DNA of 63,822 nucleotides, the filler included, from Octopus bimaculoides (lineage: Eukaryota): the NCBI RefSeq assembly GCF_001194135.2. It is 5 parts of 5 records of this genome, joined end to end, with 100 filler letters (N's around TTAATTAATTAA, not from the genome) between each part and the next. Parts side by side here need not be neighbours in the genome. Positions count along the whole stretch, not along the records: positions 47,466 to 57,612 come from NC_068982.1; positions 57,713 to 62,518 come from NC_068983.1; positions 62,619 to 63,822 come from NC_068981.1; 2 more parts are not named here. The stretch is one strand, 5' to 3'. The position numbers and the translations under genes are program-made. Numbering within the stretch: position 1 is the first letter of the stretch; each line of letters starts with the position of its first letter. Positions 49,672 through 63,429 of the stretch are shown here, in pieces. Below the pieces are notes generated by a model that did not search any database, was not told the origin of the DNA, and saw nothing but the letters and a program-made list of their open reading frames with translations.

Positions 49672-49763
49672 ACTCACATTCACATATACATACATAGCTA
49701 CACACACACACGCGTGTATGTTCTTTGCGTTTGAATACTTGTGTGTGTGTATACACATTATGC

Positions 49764-49795
<32 letters not shown>

Positions 49796-50244
49796 ATGTG
49801 TGTGTGTGTGTGTGAGTGTTTGTGTGTTTGTATGTGTCTGTGTGCAGATAGGTATTCAAGAAGGTACTTTAAAGAAGCAAATATTTATTGAAACCACACA
49901 AGGAAATGTTTTGCGGCCATTGTTGTATTTCGGTGGTGTTTCCCAACACGCCCTTCCTCACACCAGCAGTAATTCGAAATGGATATGAAGTTCATCTAAG
50001 AGAATCATATGCAAATATACAGCAATAATTTAATGTTATCATGTAAGCTAGAGAAAATAACTTTTGAAAATCTCACTGGGAAATATCAACCACTCTAACA
50101 TCAACCAACATACATTCTACAACCAAGAAAAGCCATGCTGGTGCTGGGGTAACGCACTGAACCTTGGAAATAGCTATGAGTTTTGATACATATTTTCATA
50201 TATTTTTTACTAAGATACACATGACGGCTAGCAGGATGTATACT

Positions 50245-50622
50245 CTCTTTACTCTTTTACTTGTATCAGTCATTTGACTGTGGCCATGCTAGAGCACTGC
50301 ATTTTAGTCGAGCTAATTGCCCCCAGGACTTATTCTTTGTAAACCTAGTACTTATTCTATGGGTCTCTTTAGCCGAACCGCTAAGTTACGGGGACGTAAA
50401 CACAGCAGCATCGGTTATCAAACGATGTTGGGGGACAAACACAGACACACAAACATATACACACACACAATATATAGGCACATATATACGACAGGATTCT
50501 TTCAATTTCCTTCTACTAAATCCTCTCACAAGGATTTGGTCGGCCCGAGGCTATAGTAGAAAACCCTTGCCCAAGGTGCCACGCAGTGGGACTGAACCTG
50601 GAACCATGTGGTTGGTAAACAA
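50245..50622 (-). mobile_element. SINE family B, near full length
   Basis: Reverse complement of 31120-31520. Confidence 0.88.
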
Positions 50623-52799
50623 ACAGAAACCCTGCTATTATTGTGGAGAACATGCATACATCATTGGCTAATATATGACTATATGGAATAAACCGGTTTG
50701 AATTTAATGTTGTATGCACATGAAATGAACAATGGCATTCAATAAAAAGACAAACCTACTAGGAGAGTTTGGAAGTGCAAAAGATCGATACGGTTATTTA
50801 TCCAAGCGACCTTAGAGACCTCAAAGCGACCCTTGGTATTTTAGGCTACAGAAAGGCCGGAAGAAATCTTCATTCATAGTCCCGAAGTTGCCTCTATAGG
50901 TATCAGACTTAAGAACTAAATATTGAAAATCATAGGATTGAGAAACCCAGAACATTTTGATACTTTATCATTGAAGAAGCCAATTGTTGTTTAGTTCTCT
51001 ACAACTCCATGCAGGGTAAATTTAGATGGACAAAGGTAATGATTTCAAACTATCCCTTTCTCTGGAGTGTAAGGAATGTTGAAGCATTAAAACCTAGAAT
51101 AACAACACACACAAACGCAGCCACACACATACATAAAAAATCATAAAAATACGCACATACATAAACACACAATCGCATGAATAGCCATAATGCATACACA
51201 ATCACATGCTAATAATGGCAAGCAAAAACAGGCACGCAAAAAGAGCTAAAAAAAAACAAATCATGGACTCTATAACGGACTAAGGCAAAAGTCATTGAAG
51301 TGGTTGCAAGAAGCAACGAAAGAGCTTTGACAAACAAACACAAAAATATCGGAAATGTAACCAATTCGCAAATAATAAATGAGTGGCATTGAACACCGTT
51401 GGGTGTGTTAATTATATTGATATAATGACTCTCCTTAGACACAAAAATATTTGTTTCAATACACGAATTCACATTAAAAAGTTTGAAAACCAAATACAAA
51501 AATGAAGTATATATANNNNNNNNNNNNNNNNNNNNNNNNNNNNNNNNNNNNNNNNNNNNNNNNNNNNNNNNNNNNNNNNNNNNNNNNNNNNNNNNNNNNN
51601 NNNNNNNNNNNNNNNNNNNNNNNNNNNNNNNNNNNNNNNNNNNNNNNNNNNNNNNNNNNNNNNNNNNNNNNNNNNNNNNNNNNNNNNNNNNNNNNNNNNN
51701 NNNNNNNNNNNNNNNNNNNNNNNNNNNNNNNNNNNNNNNNNNNNNNNNNNNNNNNNNNNNNNNNNNNNNNNNNNNNNNNNNNNNNNNNNNNNNNNNNNNN
51801 NNNNNNNNNNNNNNNNNNNNNNNNNNNNNNNNNNNNNNNNNNNNNNNNNNNNNNNNNNNNNNNNNNNNNNNNNNNNNNNNNNNNNNNNNNNNNNNNNNNN
51901 NNNNNNNNNNNNNNNNNNNNNNNNNNNNNNNNNNNNNNNNNNNNNNNNNNNNNNNNNNNNNNNNNNNNNNNNNNNNNNNNNNNNNNNNNNNNNNNNNNNN
52001 NNNNNNNNNNNNNNNNNNNNNNNNNNNNNNNNNNNNNNNNNNNNNNNNNNNNNNNNNNNNNNNNNNNNNNNNNNNNNNNNNNNNNNNNNNNNNNNNNNNN
52101 NNNNNNNNNNNNNNNNNNNNNNNNNNNNNNNNNNNNNNNNNNNNNNNNNNNNNNNNNNNNNNNNNNNNNNNNNNNNNNNNNNNNNNNNNNNNNNNNNNNN
52201 NNNNNNNNNNNNNNNNNNNNNNNNNNNNNNNNNNNNNNNNNNNNNNNNNNNNNNNNNNNNNNNNNNNNNNNNNNNNNNNNNNNNNNNNNNNNNNNNNNNN
52301 NNNNNNNNNNNNNNNNNNNNNNNNNNNNNNNNNNNNNNNNNNNNNNNNNNNNNNNNNNNNNNNNNNNNNNTATATATACACACACACACACACAAATATG
52401 TATTTATGTATGGATATATATATATATGAATTATATATACGCATGTATGTATGTATATGTGTGTGTATGTATGTATGTATGTATGTATGTATAGAGAGAC
52501 TGGCAGACAGACGGATAGTCAGAGAGGTATTTTACGTTAGTATTTCATCTAAAAGAATTACGTGGAACTTAAACTGCCTACGACAAATATATTCATTATT
52601 TTGACAAACAATATTTCTAGCTGTATTTCACTCGTAACGATCACAACTGTCTTTTGTTCTCATAAATGTCACTAGCTTATAAAATTGAATGAGAATTTTT
52701 CGTATTTTTAATCTATGTCTACCGATGACATAATCACAGTTATTTTGACATTTTCACAATCCTCGTTCCCTTTGCCATCACCAGGAACATAACCATTAT

Positions 52800-52841
52800 C
52801 GTTACGACCACCAGTACTTCGTCGTCATTTTCCTGCTCGTT

Positions 52842-52873
<32 letters not shown>

Positions 52874-53015
52874 TACCATTATCGTCATCACCATGATGAT
52901 GGTGATGATAATGGTGATCATTATCATCATCATCATCATCGTTATTGCCCAACCCGTCTTTTTCACCTTCATTCTCATTTCCCTCCTGCTCTCCTTCTCC
53001 AACATCATCAACAGC

Positions 53016-53067
<52 letters not shown>

Positions 53068-53420
53068 ACAGCATCACCGTCATCATCATCATCACCATCA
53101 TCACCATCATCATCATTATCATCATCATCATCACCACCATCATAATCATCATCATCATANNNNNNNNNNCCACCATCATAATCATCATCATCATAATAAT
53201 AATAATAATAATAATAATCATCATCATCATCATCATCATCATTATGATCATCAACATCACAATCATCGTCGTCGTCGTCGTCGTCGTCGTAGTAATCATC
53301 ATCATCATCATCATCATCATCATTAACATCACAATCAACTTCGTCGTCGCCGTCATCATCATCGCCATCATAATCATCGTGTCCTCCATTGCAGTCGCCA
53401 CTGTCATACTCGTAGACGTC
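52800..53420. repeat. (ATC/GTC/AAT)n compound triplet repeat
   Basis: Direct reading. Confidence 0.9.
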
Positions 53421-54224
53421 CTTATCAACCTCTTGATCTCCATAGGCTATCCCATGATGCATTGCGTTTCATTAACTTTATATAGTTCTGCAAAGAGCAG
53501 TTTTTTTAAAGATATCATCTGTACCAGATAATTTAGCTCAATGCTTCAGCAACCGTATGTCCTATCGCATCGATTCATGCTAGGGAATTGATTCCGTTGT
53601 CACGACACATATTTCTCGGTACATGCGTGCAGTTCACTTCTATATATTTCCTTACTTTTATATATTTCCTTTACATAATTCCTGGCATTTATTTTCAAGC
53701 TAATTTCTAGGTTCAATTCATCCATCTGTGACAGCATAATTTGAAAACATGCAGTTAATTATGCGCTAAAACGAATCCTAATATTGAGCAGAATTTTTAC
53801 TTATCCTCTTCACAAACGACTAGTATAAAACAACGTGAAGTAAATAATCATAGCTTTATTACCATTGTGTTATGTCTTTGCGAGATTCAGGACACATTAC
53901 AATTGAAAGCAAATTGCATAGAAATTGCAAATGTTTGCAATAAAACAAATAAAATGATAGTAAAAACCAGTATTTATTGAAATTGCTCCTCAAAGTATTT
54001 CTAATTCATCTGTTACGTATGTTTTATAAAAATTAAACATTTCTCATATATGTAACGTTCGAGCAAATGTATGTGCAATTATTCATGTAGATATATGCAA
54101 GTATGTCTGTATGTATATATATACATGAATAATTGCACATATCTACATGAATAATTGCACATACATTTGCAATTATTCATGNNNNNNNNNNNNNNNNNNN
54201 NNNNNNNNNNNNNNNNNNNNNNNN

Positions 54225-54255
<31 letters not shown>

Positions 54256-57200
54256 GTATATGTATGTATGTGCGTGTGTATGTATGTATACACATATACA
54301 TACATATTTATGAGAAAAATTATGTTAGATAACGTCTAATATGATTATGCACAATAAAGAACTCTGTTACACACAGCTTCTCTTATCAGCGGTTATGGCT
54401 AACGCATATTGATTGTCATTGCTATCGATATAATTGTTAGGATAATTTCCGCTAATGTTTCACTTATCTATTATTTGTGTGAAAAATGATTATTATTTAT
54501 CTCATAAATATTCCTACATTTCCTTTTTTTTTTGTAATACTAATGTTTTCCCGCCCATAATTGTAATGGCTGCCGTCATAGATAACACGTTTCTCATTGA
54601 CGTAGATTTTATCGGGATTAGTAGAACAGCTGGTAAAGGTAACTCTATTTTTCATCAAAACGCTAAAGCCACTATCTCACCACTCACCAGCTTATTTTAA
54701 AATGTTATATTATTTATATATTCTATATTTCTTTCGTTTTTTTTTCTTTTGAAACAGCCCGCTTTGTTTTATTCTTCATTTCGTATCGAAAACGCTTCAA
54801 CTCAGAATAAGGAATTAAGTCTTTATTTTAATTTTTTATATGAAGTCCTGATGCACCACGTTAAGGATGATGTACATACTCCGCTATCTAAGACGCAAGA
54901 ACGCATGACGAAGTGGTCATGGTTGGAGAATTTTGAATGAACTGTCTTGATCAATAAGACCTGGAATTAGGTAAATTGTCATATGTGTGACAAGCATTTA
55001 GCAAAACTGTTCAAGAAATCAATTTTAATACTATCAAAATATACATAAACCATTTCATCAATGTTACAATATTTCTATGGTTTACCATGATGTGTCTAAG
55101 GTACCATCATATTTATAGACGCTAAAATTTGGAAAGTAATCCTGTTGTCATATTTTTAATAACAAACTTTCTTGGTGCGTTATATATATTTTCCATTGTT
55201 TCATTATAAGAAGCAGTTAAAAGCAATGTGATCAGAACTAAACATGAAATTATCTATTATGGGAATATCAGTACAGTTACTGTGGAAAAGAAATGTTGTC
55301 TTACGGTAAAATGCATTAAGACACAATATCGCGCCAGTGCTTACACTGTAAAAAACTTGCAGACACACACACACATGCACACACACACACACAAACACGT
55401 GCATACACGTACACACACACACATACATATATATGTACATAAATGTAAATATTCATACAGAGGCATATATACGTACATACATACATGCATACATACGTAC
55501 ACACATACGTACGTACGTACGTACATGTATATGCCATATATGCGTTGTAGATAGTGTTAACTTTACAAATAACGTTTGTACCTTCCGCTTAGATTTGGAT
55601 ATTGTGCTACGAAGTATATAGCATTTTAACCTTAGTAATATTGTTTTCAGTTATCAATAACAAAAATAAGTTTGTGCAATATGTATTCACAGACCATTTC
55701 CATATACCAAATATCTTGAAGTAAAAGTATTTTAGGAAGTTCCAATAGTTATATTTGACATAATAATCGGGATAGGAATGATTCCGCTACGTTTCATATT
55801 TTCATAATAAATTTTAAATGAACAGATTCCTGTAGAGATAAAGGACGTCTGATATCAGTTCAACCGAATGACATAAGGAAGTTGAACGTTGTCACCTCCA
55901 CATAATAAAATTCCATATTATTTCAACTATTATCGATTTGCAGCATATGTAAGTAAAGTATAATGCGCTAAAAATACTGAATATGTGATAGATACAATAT
56001 TTTATTCACACCGAGTTCATATCATTACAAATGTCGTCAATGGACTGCCATGACACAAGGTAGAATGCATACAAGTTATTTAATCTGATTCCTTAAGGAT
56101 TCCACCATTCTACATTACATTAATATGCTGTGAAAGATATTTTAACATGAAATCTCTGTCTGGAGAAAAGATAATGCAATAACAGTGTACCTTCAAACAT
56201 CTTGACATCGTACATTTCGATATATTGAGGGCATATTAAACGTTGTATATATTTTATAACGTCACTTATGGTTTGACAAAATATACAAGATACATGAAAT
56301 AAAAATTGTTACAAGCGAGCATGATGGTCATATTTGAAAGGAATTTAATTTATTCAAATGTTTTTTTTTTCTTCTTGTAGTTAATCCTATAGGTAACGCG
56401 TGAACTTTGAGGTTGATATTACAGTAATTCTTTGAGGCAGGTAAATGTGGTATACAGCGAGAACTTGCTTTCTTTGGAGCCAGATGTTTAGCTAAGTTGT
56501 GATTTTGTCGTATCCAATATCAGGGGTGATCCGTACATTCAGGTTATTTCATTGGTTCGTATGCTGTAAAGATATTGCTCAGAGATTGTTAGCCGATGTG
56601 TGATATTAACGAGGCTAACTCTGAAACAGTACTGGCACTAAAGCCCACCACTAAAGCAAAGCATACTAAGATATGACAGATGGTTATTAATACGTCAATT
56701 CTAACCGCTGGTCACGTGAAGATAACGCATAATCTGCTTTATCTTCATTATCTTTTTGCTTTGATAGAGTGAAAATACATCGAAAATTGTGTCCAACGAC
56801 AGGAAAACAAGTACGAAGCAACACCTTTGATTTATTTAATCGTCACATACTCTCCTTACATAGCAAATTCACCGATTTGATCTTGCAAGAAATATGTTGC
56901 TCTAAAATTGAAATCATGCTTCTGTTTGTAGCTAAAATCAAAAACAAATTTTCGCAATGCTATTCAGTCAATTTGGCAGGGTATAATCATAAAGATGATT
57001 CAAGGTGAGGATGAGAAACTATGCGCATGATATATGTCATATTACCTAGTGATACATCGAGAATCGGTATATCATTATATCTGAATATTATAGATATTCT
57101 AAATATATTTCTGCATTAAGCTGCATTAGATTCTTGTGTGAGGGTTACACTACAAATTAAACTGTCTAATTTAAAATTGAAAATGCTTTAATTTCAATAT

Positions 57201-57712
57201 CCATTTCGAAGTATTCCAATTTTCATTTCGAGCTGCTTAAACTGAAAATGCTCTCCACTCACGGAGTTGCAGATGCTTATGCATTAAGTGTTTATTTTTC
57301 TTTTTTCTTTTGTCTTACAGAATTTGAAAGATGCTTTTACAGAAAACTCTAAGCATTTGTAAGATTCCCATACTCCATCTCTGAGTATCTGTTTCAATCT
57401 GATTGCAGCATCTTTTTTCACTCAATAATACATTAATACTCGTTTCAAACTATCGCTATATTATATTTATTAAAAAAAAAACGTAAGTAGTTATTTTCGA
57501 TTAAGTATAATACGTTGATGTATCAGAACTTTCTCTTTGTATAAATACATACGCACTCACACATATATATATATATACAACTATACATACATACATACAT
57601 ATATATGTATATNNNNNNNNNNNNNNNNNNNNNNNNNNNNNNNNNNNNNNNNNNNNTTAATTAATTAANNNNNNNNNNNNNNNNNNNNNNNNNNNNNNNN
57701 NNNNNNNNNNNN

Positions 57713-57758
<46 letters not shown>

Positions 57759-57794
57759 AGCACACACACACACATACGCACACGTACACACACA

Positions 57795-57945
57795 TGACGA
57801 GCTTCCGCACAGATTCTAGCAAATTTGCTCACAAGGCATTGGTCGGTCCGGGGCTATGGTAGAAGACACTTGTCTAATATGCTGCGCAGTGGGATTGAAC
57901 CTGGAACTACATGGTTGCAAAGCGAGACTTTTAACTACACAGCCA
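57795..57945 (-). mobile_element. SINE family B 5' half
   Basis: CTCACAAGGCATTGGTCGG..AGAAGACACTTG..GGGATTGAACCTGG. Confidence 0.8.
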
Positions 57946-58101
57946 TGTGTGCCCTTATAGTATTTACAACTGCGTGGGCCATGCGGAAGGAAGTTAAAGG
58001 TGAGGCAGGGGTTCTAAAACGGGCAGCGGAGTTTCGTGAATCTGTCGGGCTTTCCTGTAGTTTACGCGTAATCAGTTCATTCATAAAGATTGGGTCAACG
58101 T

Positions 58102-58974
58102 GAAGAAGAAGAAGAAGAAGAAGAAGAAGGAGACGATGTCGACGTTGAAGAAAAGGAAGACCACCACGAAGAAAAAGAAGGAAAGAAAGAAGGTAAGAGA
58201 AGTAGAAGACAGATAAAAAGAAAAAGAAGCAGGGGAGAAGTAGTAGTAGCAATAGCAGCGGCGGCAGCAGTAGTAGTAGTAGAATTACTAGTAGTAATAG
58301 TAGTAGTAGAGGAGGAAGAAGAAGATGAGGTAGAAAAAAAGAACTAGTAGTAGTAGTAGTAGTAGAGGAGGAGGGAGAAGGAGGAAGAAAATGAAGAAGA
58401 AGAAGAAGAAGAAGAAGAAGAAGANNNNNNNNNNAAGAAGAAGAAGAAGAAGAAGAAGAAGAAGAAAAAGAGGAAGAAAAAGAACGAAACGAAGAAAAAG
58501 AAGAAGATGATGTATTTGCTTGCATTTCGCAACTCGATTGAATCTTGTTGACGCAAAAAATACTGAAACTTTGTTTCTAGAAATTCTCTCCAAACTTCAC
58601 TTTTGTCTTTTTTTCTGTTTTTCCTACTCTTTTTTTTCTTTCTCTTTCTCTATCATTCCTCTTCTCTGTCGAACAAACATTTTCTTCCTTTCCTTCATTC
58701 CTTCTCTCTTTTTCTCTTCTCCCCACCCCCGACAACCTCAGTATTTCTTTCATTTTTTTCTTTCTTCTTCTGTAAAATAAATAAATCTCCTTTTCGAACG
58801 ACGTTTCGACTTCTCATTCCTTTATTATCGTTCTGTCTCTTTTTCCCCCCCATTTCACTCTTTCTTCTTCTGCCCTCTTTCCTTCTCGTTCTAGCCTCTT
58901 ATTTTTTTTGTCTTATTTATCCTCACACTATCTCTCACATTCTTTCCTTCTCTTTCACCCCCTTTCTCTCTCTT

Positions 58975-59005
<31 letters not shown>

Positions 59006-59006
59006 T

Positions 59007-59043
<37 letters not shown>

Positions 59044-59345
59044 ATCTCTCTTTCTCTCTCTCTCTTTATCTCTCTCTCTTTATCTCTCTCTCTTTATCTC
59101 ACTCTCTCTCTTTCTCACTCTCTCTCTTTCTCTCTCTCTCTCTATCTCTATCTTTCTCTGTCTCTATCTTTCTCTCTCTCTCTTTCTCTTTCTCTCTCTC
59201 TGTCTCTCCTTTACTCTCTCTGTCTCTCCTTTACTCTCTCTGTCTCTCCTTTACTCTCTCTGTCTTTCTCTTTATCTTAATCTCTCTCCCTTTCTCCTTG
59301 CTCTTCCTCTCTTCTTCCTCTCCACACACACACACTCTCTCTCTT
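58102..59345. repeat. (GAA)n/(GTA)n purine tract followed by (CT)n pyrimidine tract
   Basis: Direct reading. Confidence 0.9.
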
Positions 59346-59514
59346 TCTCTACTTCGTCCCAATGTTTGCAAACCCCCAGCTCCACTTGAACGCTGATTCA
59401 TCATAACCTGTTCTATTTTTAACCACATCTCGTCAACAAACAATTGCACTTTGTTCAGTTCTTTTTAAACATCACGCAGCACTTCATATTCCGGTCAACA
59501 CAGTGTAAGAACTC

Positions 59515-60560
59515 TGGTGGTAGTGGTGGCGGTGGTGATTGTGGTATTAGTGGCAGTGGTGGTGGTAGTGGTAGTTGTGGTAGTAGTGGTTGTGGTAGTG
59601 GTGGTTGTCGTAGTGATGGTGGTTGTAGTGGTGGTCGTAGTGGTGTTGGAAGTGGAGATAGTGATAGTGTGATCGTGTTAGTGGTATCGGTGATAGTGGT
59701 GGTAGTGGTGGTTGTAGCGGAGGCGGTGGTGGTGGTGGTGTTAGTGGTATTGGCGGTTGTAGTTGTGATGGTGGTGGTTGTGGTAGTGGTGGTGGTTGTA
59801 GTGGTTGTGGTGAGGTGGTTGTGCTGGTTGTGGTAGTGGTGGTGGTTGTGGTAGTGGTGGTGGTTGTGGTAGTGGTGGTGGTGTTGGTAGTGGAGATAGT
59901 GATAGTGTGGTGGTGTTAGTGGTGTTAGTGGTGGTATTGGGGTGGCGGTAGTAGTGGAGTTAGTGGTATTGGTGGTGGTGGTTGTGGTTGTGGTAGTGGT
60001 TGTGGTAGTGATTGTAGTTTTGTTGGTAGTGGAGATAGTGATATTGTGGTTGTGTTAGTCGTATTGGTGGTAGTGGTTGTGGTCATTGTGGTAGTGGTGG
60101 TGGTTGTGATGTTAGTCGCATTGGTAGTTGTGGTTGTGGTAGTGGTGTAGGTGGTGTTGGTAGTGGAGATAGTGATATTGTGGTTGTGTTAGTCGTATTG
60201 GTGGTAGTGGTGGTGGTCGTTGTGGTAGTGGTGGTGATTGTAGTGGTGGTTGTGATGTTAGTCGCATTAGAGGTTGTGGTTGTGGTAGTGGTGATTGTGG
60301 ACGTGGTGGTGGTGGTGGTTGTAGTGATGGTGGTGTTGATGGTGGAGACAGTGGTGGTTGTGTTGTTGGTGATGGTGGTCGTAATGATAGTGGTGGTGGT
60401 GATAGTGGCGGTGGTGGTGATGATAGTGGTGATGCTGGTGGTGGTGATGGTGGTTGTGATGATATTGGTGGTAGCGGTGATAGTAGTGGTTGTAGCGGTG
60501 ATAGTAGTGGTGGTGGTGGTGTTGATGATAGTGGTGGTAGTGGCGATGATATAGTGGTGG
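59515..60560. repeat. (GGT/AGT/TGT)n triplet array with a recurring higher-order unit
   Basis: AGTGGAGATAGTGATA recurs near 59651, 59890, 60028 and 60160. Confidence 0.85.
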
Positions 60561-61217
60561 TTTTGGTGTTGATGGCGGTGATGTAACGAGTCTAAATATA
60601 CCGCCACCACGACCGCCACCATCACCGCATCACCTTAATCACTCGTGTTCTGTTTCATGAATGTCAATGGCAGAATCTCTCTACTTGGAAAAGCATTTAG
60701 ATTCTCCTTCACAACCGAAGCACAAAACAATGATATCAACAGGATAAAACAAACGCTAATCAACAACGTCTATACAAACAAACTAATAGAGCAAACCAAT
60801 CGAACAATACAGACGCTAATACAGCGCAATAAATACATCAGACAGAACACTTGTTAAAAATACACAAACCACACATAAACTATATTACATGAATCAAACG
60901 TACATTAACTATAGAATAAATGAACGCATTATTATTATATAGAAAAAAACAACAACAGCTCATAAAACAGAACACAGAATGTATTGCATCCAATCATAAG
61001 CTTGCACTTGTTATTGACTACAATCGTTAGAGCGTCGAATGAAAGGCATTGATGTATCGCTTCCGGCTCTTTGCGTTGTGAGTTCAGACTTCGCCGAGGT
61101 CAGCTTTACTTTTTGTTCTTTGCTAAGTCCAGAGCAGTGAAATTGCCGAACTGTTTGTGCGTCGAACAATGTACGAGTATATTGCTTTCCGGTGTTTGTT
61201 CCGGTTCATTACGTTCT

Positions 61218-61760
61218 CAGCAACTAGGTTAGTTAATTAGTTCTCTCCGTGCCATGAGGCACATTAGGCCCGCAACACGATCTTACCAACCAGCTTTTTT
61301 TTAAAATTTATTTTTGTCACTGTTTTGGTCTCATTCCAGCTTCTCCACCATTCTGCTTTCTGTTGCTATCCTGTTTACCATCACTGTTTCTCTAAAGTCG
61401 AGTAGGTTTTGATCTATTGAAGTTTTTGTAACCAACTCGACTTTTTACGGGGGTAGATAATTAACCATCCGCCAGTCCCCAACCCAGGAGGATCGGGTAT
61501 TTTTATCGTAACGTGCGATCACTATTCCAGCACCCAGAGGACTAACGGATCTGAAAGCCCGGTGGTGTAAAAACCTCACAGCTTGGTGGTGATGGGGAAC
61601 TTTTAAAGCGGTTCCAGTTCGCCTGACAGAATCGTCATTGAGCACATGAGGTATTTGGAGGGCTCAGGTTCCAATCCGTGTGAGATTCTACTCGACCTAA
61701 TGAATCTGTCGCCATATAGTCCACGACTGCTTATTCACCAAGTGGTCTCACGATGATCCC
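61218..61760 (-). mobile_element. RTE-derived non-autonomous (bipartite) element
   Basis: Reverse complement has RTE 5'-UTR-like GATCCTCCTGGGTTGGGG..CCCCCGTAAAAA, followed within ~250 nt by RTE 3'-end-like GTTGCGGGCCTAATGTGCCTCATGGCACGGAGAG and a (TAAC)-type tail. Confidence 0.55.
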
Positions 61761-61949
61761 CCCTACTTATTTCGCAGCTACCCATATACTTGTGGTCGTC
61801 CCACCATCAAGCACTGACTGGATGTGCCCATTAGGGTGATGGTTGTCTCGGCCCCGACTTCTGCACGAAACCTCCGGCATTTCAGGACGCGTGAACAACC
61901 AGGTAGGTGGGGGTGAACTTGTCTGTATTTTGCTGGCAATGTGGTGTCT

Positions 61950-62480
61950 TATAATAGTTTCTGATTCAGGTTCAAGGCCAGCAATTTTGACGGGAAAAGT
62001 TAAATCAATACAATTGACCCTAGTTTTTAATTGATACTTTATCGATTCTGGTTGGACAAAAGGCAAAGTTGGACCTAGCGAAATTTGAACTCAGAATCGG
62101 AAGAAATACCCCAAAGCAATTTTTCCGACATATTTATGATTCTGTCAGTTTGCCGCCTTAAAATGGTACCTTAAAATGGTACCTTATAACAAGAACACCT
62201 GGAGCAATAGGAAACCTAATGAAAGCAAACACTAATAACAGACTGGGTTTTGGTGGCGAGCTGGCAGAATCCGAGCTGGCAATCCGGGTGAAATGCTTAA
62301 GCGGCATTGCGTTCGTATTTACGTTCTGAGTTCAAATTCCGTCGAAATCGAGTTTGCTTCCCAACCACGTAGTTCCTGGTTCCACTGCGTGGCACCTTGG
62401 CCGAATTTATTCTACTGTAGCCTCGAGTCGACCAAATCCTTGTGAGTGGATTTAGTTGACAGAAACTAAAAGTCAGTCGT
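61950..62480. mobile_element. SINE family A (-), then a family A head (+) joined to a family B body
   Basis: 61950-62160 (-); 62253-62350 (+) GGCGAGCTGGCAGAATCC..GAGTTCAAATTCC; 62355-62480 GCGTGGCACCTTGG..GTGAGTGGATTTAG. Confidence 0.75.
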
Positions 62481-62482
62481 AT

Positions 62483-62518
<36 letters not shown>

Positions 62519-62618
62519 NNNNNNNNNNNNNNNNNNNNNNNNNNNNNNNNNNNNNNNNNNNNTTAATTAATTAANNNNNNNNNNNNNNNNNNNNNNNNNN
62601 NNNNNNNNNNNNNNNNNN

Positions 62619-62660
<42 letters not shown>

Positions 62661-63429
62661 CATGCATATACTTTGTTTTTTAGGTTTCACATCTACTACT
62701 TCCAGATTTATTGAGGAATTCCCTCGAGTCTATTCAGTTTTATTGGTCGTCAAGCCATAGTTCCTGTCGTGATACCTAGTTGTCTTACGTATGGTTTGTC
62801 CACTCATGTTGACACCTTTGCTATTTATTGATCTATAGGTATAATTCTGGTTACTATTATTGCCATTGTTCATAAGGAAAACTGATAAATTTACTATCCT
62901 TGTGTGCTGCTATAATTTCTTTTCTGTTCTGCTAAGTTTTTACTATTGCTAGAAGCTAATCTAATCCCATTTTCATTAAAAATTCTATAGTATATACTGT
63001 CTTTTGGAAAATGTTTAATCAATGCCGATTAAAGCAATGTTGGTATATAGGAAATTATTTGTTTTCCGAAGGGAATTATATATCATTCGATATAGCTAGA
63101 GATATCCATGTTACTGAGGTATGCATTTCTATTTCTACCTAAGCTTTTTGTAAAAGTGTGTAATCTATTTATCTGGTTCTTATTATGACATTGGGTTTCT
63201 TTGGTATTATATTTGACATTATATTTGTGACTTATTTGTATATTACTTTTTATATGGATTATTTATTTTTTACCTACTATTCATACGTAAACCACTTTGT
63301 ATTTTATTTGACACATGTTCAAGTAAATGTGTACTCTCCTTTTTGTTTCTAGGTACTCTATATAAATGGATGCGTGGCGTTCAATCATATAACAATAATA
63401 ATAATAAATATATATATATATATATATAT

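Noticed and set aside
60083-60625. Poly-Thr mucin-like ORF (and poly-Asp ORFs at 21382-21870 and 52740-53462)
   Set aside because: Pure triplet repeats; the recurring unit breaks the frame and there is no signal peptide or splice support.
61770-61950. GC-rich segment with ORFs on both strands
   Set aside because: No motif recognised; the longer ORF runs into a SINE, and the segment is probably another repeat fragment.
20621-62574. TTAATTAATTAA islands inside N runs at 20621-20632, 47410-47421, 57657-57668 and 62563-62574
   Set aside because: An identical 12-mer with stops in all six frames, centred in ~100-nt gaps, is a scaffolding linker artefact, not biology.
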